Below, one piece after another: positions 1 through 7,737 of a DNA stretch of 25,610 bases (position 1 is its first letter; each line of letters opens with the position of its first letter). The notes below the pieces were generated by a model that was given only the letters and a program-made list of their open reading frames with translations, was not told where the DNA came from and searched no databases. This DNA comes from a virus. The stretch is from IMG/VR virus record IMGVR_UViG_3300035512_000435; one strand, 5' to 3'. The position numbers and the translations under genes are program-made.

Positions 1-875
1 AGCAGGCGTTTGGTAGCGGTTATAGCATTGCTTGTTAGCTGGCGTTGCCATGCCTCATTGCGTGGAGACCACTTAAAGGCAGCGTGCTTGAGCTGGGCTA
101 TCATCTCTGCACTGGGTCGCTCCTCAAAGTGCAACCGTATGCGCTCCTCACTATTGCACAGCTCCACTGTTACGCCCTCCAGCTCCACTGTGCGGTCGGG
201 TGTGCTGGCTATGGCTGTAAGCCTCTCAAGGCGTGCCTGTGCATCCTTTATTTTGGCAAGGTTGTTGGTGAGCTGGTAAGGCTGAAAGCCTTTTTTGAGA
301 AAAGCGTATTGCGGTTCTGCCATGAGCAGGTGGGCATTTTTCTCACTCATGCCCAGTGCCACCAGCTCATCCAGCATCTCCTCCTCTGTGAGGCTCTTTT
401 TACGCAATATGGCATTTGCCTTTTTCATTACGTCTTGCAGGGCTGTGAGGCGTTCCACCTTATCCTGTAGGCGTTGTATCTCATCCCAGCCTGTGAGCCT
501 CTGTGCACCTCTCTGTGCACGCTCCACACGTGTAATAAAACGCTCTGCCCAGCTATCCAGCTTTTCACGTGCGCTGCGCTCCCAGTTGTTCAGCTTCTCT
601 GCTCTGCGCACTGGGAAACGTGCAGCACCTGTTATAAAGCTGGAGATGCAACGGCTGTATGCAGATAGCCAGTTGGCATACAACTCAAGGTAACGCTGCT
701 CAAAGTGCTCATGCAGCTCTACTGGTAGTTGCTCAAGGTAGTGGCGAAGCTCCTGCTCACACTCATTAAGCAGCATTTCGCCACGTTTCTCTGGGTCAAA
801 ACTTGTACCCTGTGTTGCTCTGTAGGCAAGCTGCTTGAGTGTCATTACAGAGGCTCTGCGTTCAATCTGTTCCAT
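1..875 (-). CDS. Partial CDS running off the left edge; hypothetical accessory protein (starts MEQIERRASVMTLKQLAYRATQ..., contains EERIRLHFEERPSAEMIAQLKHAAFKWSPRNEAWQRQLT)
   Basis: Hand-translated minus strand is open from ATG (complement 873-875) to position 1. AGGAGG Shine-Dalgarno-like sequence sits just upstream (complement ~884-889). Not in the ORF track because it has no stop inside the window. The FKWSPRNEAWQRQLT segment resembles a motif I recall at the C-terminus of mobile-element proteins. Confidence 0.8.
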   Translation of the reverse strand, partial: MEQIERRASVMTLKQLAYRATQGTSFDPEKRGEMLLNECEQELRHYLEQLPVELHEHFEQRYLELYANWLSAYSRCISSFITGAARFPVRRAEKLNNWERSAREKLDSWAERFITRVERAQRGAQRLTGWDEIQRLQDKVERLTALQDVMKKANAILRKKSLTEEEMLDELVALGMSEKNAHLLMAEPQYAFLKKGFQPYQLTNNLAKIKDAQARLERLTAIASTPDRTVELEGVTVELCNSEERIRLHFEERPSAEMIAQLKHAAFKWSPRNEAWQRQLTSNAITATKRL

Positions 876-878
876 ACG

Positions 879-1085
879 TTAATCCTCCTGTAGTTTAAGC
901 CAGTTGTTGCGCTTCTCTCTGCACTGCTCCAGCGTAGGAGCAACGCAAGAAAAAAGCTCTCCATTGGTGTGTCTGTAGTCGTACTGGTAGTAGTACTTTT
1001 TGTTGCAGGCTCTGTAACGCTCATAACGCTCTGTGCCTGCTGCCTTGCACAATGTGCATCCGTTTTCATCGTTCATCTGTGCCAT
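879..1085 (-). CDS. Small cysteine-containing hypothetical protein, 68 aa
   Basis: Open frame MAQMNDENGCTLCKAAGTERYERYRACNKKYYYQ... packed directly against the 1-875 minus CDS, same direction. Confidence 0.6.
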   Translation of the reverse strand: MAQMNDENGCTLCKAAGTERYERYRACNKKYYYQYDYRHTNGELFSCVAPTLEQCREKRNNWLKLQED

Positions 1086-1132
1086 ATTTTATTTAGTTTG
1101 GAGGGCTGGCTGTTACACCAGCCCAGAGTTAA

Positions 1133-1540
1133 TTATTTGCTGTGTAAAATGAGGTCGTGGGTTACGCTGCATACATGATCGTAGAGCAGCCAAAAGTATT
1201 CGTTTGCTGGTTTAGCCTCCAGTATTATGCGTTCTCTGCGTCCGTTGGTGTACTTGAGCTGGCTGGCTATGCGCTGTGCCTCTGCTTTGCTCTCAAACAC
1301 AACGGCTGTTGAGTTTGCTGGTACAATGGGAGCACCCATATAGCCTTTGCCCATACCGCAATAGCAGTAGTGCTTTTCGGGTGTGGGGCAGCCAGCCGTG
1401 TAGCCTGCTACCACCCATTTGCCGTTGTGCTGTACTGCCAGTTGCTCCAGCGTGTGAGCGTATGCTGCGAACTGGTCTATTACTGCTTGCTTCTCTGTGC
1501 TCACTGCAACGAGTGAGTTGTTTGGTGTTGCTGTTGCCAT
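1133..1540 (-). CDS. Hypothetical protein, 135 aa
   Basis: Open frame in the minus-strand operon; plausible composition (MATATPNNSLVAVSTEKQAVIDQFAAYAHTLEQ...). Confidence 0.65.
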   Translation of the reverse strand: MATATPNNSLVAVSTEKQAVIDQFAAYAHTLEQLAVQHNGKWVVAGYTAGCPTPEKHYCYCGMGKGYMGAPIVPANSTAVVFESKAEAQRIASQLKYTNGRRERIILEAKPANEYFWLLYDHVCSVTHDLILHSK

Positions 1541-1585
1541 GTTGTTTATTGTTTTGGTGGCTGGGGCTGCCCCCAGCCGTGGTTA

Positions 1586-2032
1586 TTAATTAATTTCTAA
1601 GTAATCTTGCCCAAAGGTGTGTGCCTCATGCACATACTGGTTAAAACGGTGGTCTGTGTAAAGCCCGATAAAAAAGCCCTTGAGTTCGTAGCTGCTTACG
1701 TGGAGCATAAGAGCCAGCTCCCAGCATGTTTCCTTGAGGCTGTACACCTTTGCACCAACCTCATTGGCTGCCTTTTTCATATCCTGTATTCTCTTTGCCA
1801 AATAAAGTATGCAGGCTACTATTGCGTTGCGCTGTTGCTTCTCTGGTATGTAACCACAAGTGCTAAACAGCCTAAAGCGTGTTTCGGAGCAGTACCACAC
1901 CTCATCGCTTTTGTCTGCGTATTCTGTGTTGAGCGTGCTGGTGTAGTCCTCCAGCTCACTTGCCTCTGCTGTAGTGAGGTTGTAAGCCTTAACTATTTTG
2001 TTGAGTTCTGCCTTTTTTATGAGCTTTGCCAT
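1586..2032 (-). CDS. Hypothetical protein, 148 aa
   Basis: Open frame, first gene of the minus-strand operon, with a Bacteroides-type promoter match upstream. Confidence 0.65.
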   Translation of the reverse strand: MAKLIKKAELNKIVKAYNLTTAEASELEDYTSTLNTEYADKSDEVWYCSETRFRLFSTCGYIPEKQQRNAIVACILYLAKRIQDMKKAANEVGAKVYSLKETCWELALMLHVSSYELKGFFIGLYTDHRFNQYVHEAHTFGQDYLEIN

Positions 2033-2079
2033 TGTATTGAGTTTTTTATTTATTAAAAGCGTTCATTATTTGTACGCTA

Positions 2080-2110
2080 CAAAGGTAGTGGAAAGAATTA
2101 AGATACCAAA
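2080..2110 (-). promoter_or_regulatory. Bacteroidetes-type promoter for the minus-strand operon
   Basis: On the minus strand: TTTG (2110-2107), 19-nt spacer, TACCTTTG (2087-2080), matching TTTG-N19-21-TAnnTTTG, about 48 nt upstream of the ATG at 2032. Confidence 0.6.
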
Positions 2111-2203
2111 CTATCAATTTAAGAAATCCAATTATTTAACAGACTTTAACCATATTCTCAACACACTGGAGTTGAATTACTTTCAAAAATTAGGCGTTCG
2201 CAA

Positions 2204-2236
2204 TGTGTACGCTATTAAAATGATTGACTATATTTG
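2204..2236 (+). promoter_or_regulatory. Possible Bacteroidetes-type promoter for the plus-strand late genes
   Basis: TATATTTG (2229-2236) matches TAnnTTTG. The -33 element is weak (TGTG at 2204-2207, 21-nt spacer). First ATG at 2266. Confidence 0.4.
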
Positions 2237-2265
2237 CCTACGTTTAACAAATAAAGCGAGTAAGC

Positions 2266-2862
2266 ATGAACGAAAAATTACTACAGGCACTGATAGGCAA
2301 ATGCAAAGACATGGGCTTATCTAAGGAATCTATCCAACAAATTGCTGGCGTTGCAAGCAATGGGCTGGGAGATGACGCGACCGAGGAGGCTATTGAGCAA
2401 CGTGCAAATGAGTACCTGCCCATCCTTAAAGCAATGCAAGGAGAGGCAACCCGATGGGCACAGCAGCAAAAGCCACCGAAGCCAACTGTGACCCCAAAGC
2501 CCAACACAGAAAATCCGCATGAGGAGTCTGTGGACGCTATTGTAGAGGCAGTAACCGCAAAGCTCCAGAGCAGACTTGATGAGCAACAGACTACCATTAG
2601 CCAGTTGCAGGCTCAACTAAGCAAAAGCGAGCGTAGCACCCTTATTGCTTCCGTAACTAAAAAGCTGGGGCTTACCGATGCAGACATGGAGTTTGTGAGC
2701 GTGCCCGAAGATGCAGATGTTGCAGAGTATTTGGGTAAGTACAAGCAAAACCTTGTTGCACGTGGGCTAAAGCCAACTGACCCCAACGTATCAGCCGAAA
2801 CCAAAGAAAAGGCTGAAAGCGAATTAGCTACAACGCTACTCGCAGAGTTTGAAGCGAAATAA
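2266..2862 (+). CDS. Hypothetical head gene, possibly scaffolding protein
   Basis: 198 aa, charged and Gln-rich (DAIVEAVTAKLQSRLDEQQTTISQLQAQLSKSE), positioned upstream of the capsid gene. Confidence 0.5.
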   Translation: MNEKLLQALIGKCKDMGLSKESIQQIAGVASNGLGDDATEEAIEQRANEYLPILKAMQGEATRWAQQQKPPKPTVTPKPNTENPHEESVDAIVEAVTAKLQSRLDEQQTTISQLQAQLSKSERSTLIASVTKKLGLTDADMEFVSVPEDADVAEYLGKYKQNLVARGLKPTDPNVSAETKEKAESELATTLLAEFEAK

Positions 2863-2890
2863 GTAACATTATTAAAAACTCAAAAGAGCA

Positions 2891-3526
2891 ATGAAACGCA
2901 AGTTTGAAAACTATGGTGGTGACAGAGCCTGTTACACCATGCCCCCTGTAAAGGTTACAGGTGGCTTTACGCTTGACCCTGCTCAAACCAACCTGCCTGT
3001 AGGTGCTGTTATCCCCTTTGGCACTCCTACCTGTGTTGACGAGGCTACACGCCTTGCCAAACTCATTAAGAGCGCACGAGTTGTTGCCATTGGTACTGAT
3101 ACCAAACAGGTAACAGTGGAGGCAGACGAGTTTAGCAAACCACTCTTTGTAGTTGGTGATGTGGTTGCAGCCGACCTTTCGGCTACACTTGCCAAATCGC
3201 CCAGCATTACTGCCATTGCCACCACCGAGGCAGGGCTTGTGCTTACCCTTTCCGCAGCCATTACAGGTTTGGCTGTTGGTGATGGGCTTTACGAGGTTGT
3301 TGCCGATGGCACAAACGTGAAGCTGGTAGCAGAGCCGAACAGCCTCTCTATTGGTATGTATGGCAGCGCAGAACTCAAAGAGGAGTTGAGCGACACAGTG
3401 ATTGACGTTACACGTGACAGTGGTAACGGTGAAATTTATGCACGTAGAGTACCCCCTGTGCCTGCCAAATACCTTGACGGCAACCTGCTCAAGGGTACAA
3501 AGGTGCTTTACTCCCAATCTAAATAA
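2891..3526 (+). CDS. Probable head decoration or head-fibre-like protein
   Basis: 211 aa, Val/Thr-rich, synteny directly upstream of the probable major capsid gene. Confidence 0.45.
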   Translation: MKRKFENYGGDRACYTMPPVKVTGGFTLDPAQTNLPVGAVIPFGTPTCVDEATRLAKLIKSARVVAIGTDTKQVTVEADEFSKPLFVVGDVVAADLSATLAKSPSITAIATTEAGLVLTLSAAITGLAVGDGLYEVVADGTNVKLVAEPNSLSIGMYGSAELKEELSDTVIDVTRDSGNGEIYARRVPPVPAKYLDGNLLKGTKVLYSQSK

Positions 3527-3543
3527 CAGAAAGGAGGTAACAC

Positions 3544-4680
3544 ATGGATTCAATTTTTAACAAGGTAAAACTTGCCAGCATTCCAGTTGACCTGCTGGCT
3601 ACACTACGCATTTTCTTTGAGGAGGCTTCGCTCAAAAACAAAACCCTGTTTGAGCAGCTTTACGTTGACCGCTGGTTTACCTACAACCTGCCCCAAATGG
3701 GTCTGACCGCAAAGGCAATCCAAGCAAAGTACAACGTGCGCTTCATGGCAAGCCTCATTGGTAACGATTCGGCAACACCGTTGCGCCCCAGCGATGGCTT
3801 CAAAACCTTTGAGGATGAGATTCCACGCATGGGTCACAAGTTCCCCATGACCGCAGAGAAATTGCGCAAACTCATTGAGGTGTTTGAGAGCAACCGCTAC
3901 ACAGACGCTCAAAAGTTCGCAGAGTTCAAAAAAATCCTCATGGGCGATGTTAAGGAGGCTTATTTGGGCTGCAAGGATACTGTAGACCACATTATCCTCA
4001 TGGCACTCTCCAACGCTGGTGTTGCAGAGTTTAAGCCTACCCTCAACAACCCCGATGGGCGCAAGTACAAAGTGGACTACAACATGCCTGCTGCCAACGT
4101 TCTCAAGGCTACTACAGCATGGGAGAAAGGCAACGAGGGCAGCGTTAACCCCTTTGCAGAGCTTGCCGATATTCGCTACACGTTTGCCAACCGTGGTATT
4201 GCGTTTGGTGAGACCCTTATCTCACCTGCTGTGTACTACTGGCTCATTAATTGCCCTGCTGTACGCAGAGCCATTAAGGGCACAGACAAGTCGGGTCAGC
4301 CCATTACCCCTGTAGAGCTTTCAAACATGCTCAAGGCATTTGAACTGCCCGATTTCACCATCATCAACAAACGCAACTCCATTGCGGTTGATGGCAAGCG
4401 TAGCGAAACGCTCATTAACCCCTACAATGACAACGTGCTTGTGCTCAAGCCTGCTGGCATTATTGGTGAGGTACAGCCTGCCTTTGAGGATAACTCTATT
4501 ATCCCCGAACCCGATGTAACCTACATGGATGCAGACAACGGCATCCGTGTTGCCAAATGGCAGGTGGGTGAAAGCACTGGGCAAAAGGCTGGTGAGTACA
4601 CACAGGCAAGCTGGCGTGCGCTCCCGATTATCACCGACATTGACAGCATAGTTAGCTACCAAGTAAGAGGGCTTGAATAA
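3544..4680 (+). CDS. Probable major capsid protein
   Basis: 378 aa; length, late-operon position and sequence style (LPQMGLTAKAIQAKYNVRFMASLIG..., ...NPYNDNVLVLKPAGIIGEVQPAFEDNSI...) fit a phage major head protein. Confidence 0.65.
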   Translation: MDSIFNKVKLASIPVDLLATLRIFFEEASLKNKTLFEQLYVDRWFTYNLPQMGLTAKAIQAKYNVRFMASLIGNDSATPLRPSDGFKTFEDEIPRMGHKFPMTAEKLRKLIEVFESNRYTDAQKFAEFKKILMGDVKEAYLGCKDTVDHIILMALSNAGVAEFKPTLNNPDGRKYKVDYNMPAANVLKATTAWEKGNEGSVNPFAELADIRYTFANRGIAFGETLISPAVYYWLINCPAVRRAIKGTDKSGQPITPVELSNMLKAFELPDFTIINKRNSIAVDGKRSETLINPYNDNVLVLKPAGIIGEVQPAFEDNSIIPEPDVTYMDADNGIRVAKWQVGESTGQKAGEYTQASWRALPIITDIDSIVSYQVRGLE

Positions 4681-4692
4681 ACAGCATAGGGT

Positions 4693-5040
4693 ATGACAAA
4701 CATACAAGCAATACAATGCGAGGTTACACCATACGCAACAGGCGATAACCAACTGGAGCTTGAAAAAGGCTTGTTGGATGCAAGTAAGCGTACTGGTGTG
4801 GTGCTGGCAGCCGATGGCGAGTATTCGCCCGAAAACGAGCGCACAGTTGCGCTGGCAGCAGTATTTGTGCTGTACAAATACATTTCGCTCTCCAGTGAAA
4901 CCGAAAGCCAGTGGTCGCAAGGCTACAACGATAAGCTCAAGGAGCGTGTGCTGTTCCTCTGCAACAGCAATGGTATTGATGCAAGTGAGTTTATACCCGA
5001 TGCAGTTATTAAGCTCTCACACGCCTCTAATAGGTTTTAA
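4693..5040 (+). CDS. Head-tail connector-like protein
   Basis: 115 aa, mostly helical appearance, located directly after the capsid gene. Confidence 0.45.
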   Translation: MTNIQAIQCEVTPYATGDNQLELEKGLLDASKRTGVVLAADGEYSPENERTVALAAVFVLYKYISLSSETESQWSQGYNDKLKERVLFLCNSNGIDASEFIPDAVIKLSHASNRF

Positions 5041-5042
5041 CA

Positions 5043-5369
5043 ATGGCAAGCCGTTACAACAACATACTGGAGATACTGGTTGCACCAGCAGAACCCACAC
5101 GCAACGAGGTGGGCGATTTGGTGCAGGGTGTACCCTCATGGCAATTCCTCACCAAGTGTAGGGAAGAGCCTACGGATGGAGGTACAAGCGTTTCCACAGT
5201 TGGAGCTAAAGCCATTGATTATGGTTCTGCCGTTTTCTTCCCTGCTGATGCCCCAGCCGTGCCCCTCAATTCCGAGATACGTGTATTGAGTGTTGAGGGC
5301 ACGGTGCTGGTGCAGGGCATGGTAATGCGTTACAAACGTTACAGGCACTATGGCAAAATATGGATTTAG
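5043..5369 (+). CDS. Hypothetical head completion protein
   Basis: 108 aa; synteny; overlaps the next gene by 20 nt. Confidence 0.4.
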   Translation: MASRYNNILEILVAPAEPTRNEVGDLVQGVPSWQFLTKCREEPTDGGTSVSTVGAKAIDYGSAVFFPADAPAVPLNSEIRVLSVEGTVLVQGMVMRYKRYRHYGKIWI

Positions 5370-5835
5370 TGCAGAGTTTAGCAATGGAGATGTAAGCAAA
5401 CAGTTCTCTGCCTACGCTCTACGCATACACCAAGCCATTAAAACTGTTATGCAGTATATTGGTGAGGAGTGCGTAAGGATAGCCAGAGAGAAAGGCACTT
5501 ACAACGATATTACAGGTAACTTGCGCAACTCCATTGGCTATGTGCTGGTGAAAGATGGCGATATTATATGCAAAAACTTTGAGGAGCGTGTGGCAAGCAA
5601 GGTGGCAAGCGCAGCTAATGGCAGTGGTATCTTGCAAGGACAAGCACTTGCAGAGGAGCTGGCAAAACGCTTTACTAAGGGCTATGCCCTCATTGTGGTA
5701 GCTGGTATGCACTACGCACATTACGTAGAGAGCCTTAACAAGGATGTACTGGATAGCGCAGAGAGGTACGCCCAGCAGAGAGTGCCAAAACTGATGCAAA
5801 TGCTTAAACAACAAATTTATAAAAACGCTGTATAA
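5350..5835 (+). CDS. HK97 gp10-like tail completion protein
   Basis: 161 aa, MAKYGFSAEFSNGDVSKQFSAYALRIHQAIKTVMQYIGEECVRIAREKGTYNDITGNLRNSIGY... resembles gp10-like proteins. Confidence 0.55.
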   Translation: MAKYGFSAEFSNGDVSKQFSAYALRIHQAIKTVMQYIGEECVRIAREKGTYNDITGNLRNSIGYVLVKDGDIICKNFEERVASKVASAANGSGILQGQALAEELAKRFTKGYALIVVAGMHYAHYVESLNKDVLDSAERYAQQRVPKLMQMLKQQIYKNAV

Positions 5836-5837
5836 AC

Positions 5838-6302
5838 GTGGCTAACATTGATGAACTACCCATGCAGGAGGATATGCAGTTTAACACACTGCAAGATGAT
5901 ATCCTTTACATTGTGCTAACTCAATCCGAGCTGGCAAAGGAGCTTACAGGCGTAATACGCAAATCGCAAAAGCCTCTACGCTCCCAGCCTCCAAAGGTAG
6001 AGGATTGCATAATTAGCAGCCTCTCCATTGAGAGTGGCAGCGTGCAACTGGGTACGAGCAATGTTAACATATATGTGCCCGATACAACAACCAACACCAA
6101 CCACGCAAACGAGCCAGCCGACACAGAGGCGAACACAGCACGTATCAAGCAGCTTGCAGGGCTTGCATACGCTGCATTGCGTAAGCATTACTGTGAAAAT
6201 GGCTGGGCGTTTGAGTGCGTTGCACAGGATGTAATTGAGGAGGCTGCACTGCATTGCCACCGTATATGGCTAAAAATAAGGTTTAATTTTCATAATTCTT
6301 AA
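5838..6302 (+). CDS. Hypothetical protein, possibly tail terminator
   Basis: 154 aa open frame in the position of tail completion genes. Confidence 0.35.
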   Translation: MANIDELPMQEDMQFNTLQDDILYIVLTQSELAKELTGVIRKSQKPLRSQPPKVEDCIISSLSIESGSVQLGTSNVNIYVPDTTTNTNHANEPADTEANTARIKQLAGLAYAALRKHYCENGWAFECVAQDVIEEAALHCHRIWLKIRFNFHNS

Positions 6303-6313
6303 ATAGTACGACT

Positions 6314-6853
6314 ATGGGTTTTATTTCATTAGGCTTATCCGAGGTACAGGTCGGCGCAATCGCCTCTGATGGTGGCGAGGCTACCACCTACACCAAGATA
6401 GGCAAGACCTACGAAAACACCTGCAAATTAACGCAGGAGAAAGCCGATGTAACGGAGCACTACGAGGAGGGGCAAAGCGCACCAGAGGTACGCAAAAAGA
6501 AGAAGAAAGTGCCCATTCTCACGTTCTCAATCATGGATCCCGACTGCTCATTCCTCCAAGCCTATTTGGGTGGCACAACCACTGGCACTGGCGATGACAT
6601 GGAATGGAGCTGGAGCGACACAGACGAGGATATTGAGGCGAGCATTCGCATTATCCCCGAAATTGGTTTGGTGTACACCATTCCGCGTGCCGACATTGAG
6701 GCAATTATCAATGCCGACATGTCCTCACAGGGCATTAACCTTGTGGAGTTCACCGTTACACCGCTCAAGCCTACAAAGAGTGGCGTAGCTACCATGCGAG
6801 CACGCAAAAAGACATCAACATTTCCCACCTCTACCACCAAATCCAGCACCTAA
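6314..6853 (+). CDS. Probable major tail tube protein
   Basis: 179 aa, upstream of the chaperone and tape-measure genes, with a beta-rich C-terminal part (GINLVEFTVTPLKPTKSGVATMRARKK). Confidence 0.55.
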   Translation: MGFISLGLSEVQVGAIASDGGEATTYTKIGKTYENTCKLTQEKADVTEHYEEGQSAPEVRKKKKKVPILTFSIMDPDCSFLQAYLGGTTTGTGDDMEWSWSDTDEDIEASIRIIPEIGLVYTIPRADIEAIINADMSSQGINLVEFTVTPLKPTKSGVATMRARKKTSTFPTSTTKSST

Positions 6854-6907
6854 CAGGTAGCTGGTGTACTACTTCGATAAAGCCCACTATGCACACGCAA
6901 AAGGTGC

Positions 6908-7504
6908 GTGGTGGGCTTTTGTAATAACAACAAAATAGCTATGGAAGAAAAAAACGATAAAACGGCTAACGAAATAGAGGCACTTGAGGCTGAAAAAAAC
7001 GAGTTGCGCCTGCTCATTGGTAAGGGCATTAGCTTCGTGGTAGAGTACTACGAGGATAAGGTGGTGCGCATACCACGCTGGCACTTTTTGCGCTGGATAA
7101 AGCGCAAACGCAAAGTGCGAGAGGAGAAGCAAAAAGAGTTCGTTGTGAAAGAGCCTACTGCCTTTACACTTGACCGCCTCTCAATGGAGTACATAGAGCT
7201 TGCCATTGATGAGCAGCGAGTAAAGGAGCAACCCCGACAGGAGGCACGCAAGTTGTTTGCTCAACACAACAAGCGCATGGCACGCATTGTTGCCATTGCC
7301 ACGCTGGGCAACGACTGGGAGGATGCAAAGCTACTGGCAGAGCGCACAGAGTTTTTTACACGCTGGCTCAAAAACAGCACGCTCTGGGAGCTTGTGCAAG
7401 CCATTGACCTCACAAACAACCTTGCGGATTTTATAAACTCTATGCGATTGTTATCCAGCGCAAGGACAACAATGCCAAATCGCATAGAGAACCCAGAGGC
7501 TTAA
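6908..7504 (+). CDS. Tail assembly chaperone, zero-frame product
   Basis: 198 aa, immediately upstream of the tape measure. Overlaps a -1 frame ORF lacking its own start. Confidence 0.5.
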   Translation: MVGFCNNNKIAMEEKNDKTANEIEALEAEKNELRLLIGKGISFVVEYYEDKVVRIPRWHFLRWIKRKRKVREEKQKEFVVKEPTAFTLDRLSMEYIELAIDEQRVKEQPRQEARKLFAQHNKRMARIVAIATLGNDWEDAKLLAERTEFFTRWLKNSTLWELVQAIDLTNNLADFINSMRLLSSARTTMPNRIENPEA

Positions 7505-7737
7505 ACAGCCTGTATGGGCAACGTGGGGCAATATGCGCATACTTCCACTGGACATGGGAGTACCTCACCAAAGGCATTGCATGGGCAGTTGTGCAACGTA
7601 TGCTGGCAGACCAAGCACGTTACGATGATGAGGAGGAGGCAGCAAGCAGCAATGGCACAGGCTTTGAAAATGGCGATATTGAGCTAACAGAGGAGAACGC
7701 AGATGATTTTATAAACTATATAAATAGCTTGTCATAG
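7408..7737 (+). CDS. -1 frame extension of the 6908 gene; probable frameshifted tail assembly chaperone (6908-7737)
   Basis: Hand-translated: the -1 frame is open for 109 codons after a TGA at 7405-7407 until TAG at 7735-7737 (...FYKLYAIVIQRKDNNAKSHREPRGLNSLYGQRGAICAYFHWTWEYLTKGIAWAVVQRMLADQARYDDEEE...). The first ATG is deep inside (~7603), and the stop overlaps the GTG start of the tape measure. Confidence 0.6.
   Translation, partial: PHKQPCGFYKLYAIVIQRKDNNAKSHREPRGLNSLYGQRGAICAYFHWTWEYLTKGIAWAVVQRMLADQARYDDEEEAASSNGTGFENGDIELTEENADDFINYINSLS

Noticed and set aside
45-470. Plus-strand ORFs at the left edge (10-279, 45-470, 295-693, 474-668)
   Set aside because: The minus strand is continuously open across them with a good start and ribosome binding site.
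2828-3553. 241-aa antisense ORF on the minus strand, and similar ones (4321-4920, 8888-9568, 14653-15195)
   Set aside because: Each lies opposite a better-supported plus-strand structural gene and has low-complexity, Cys/Leu/Ser-rich translations typical of antisense frames.
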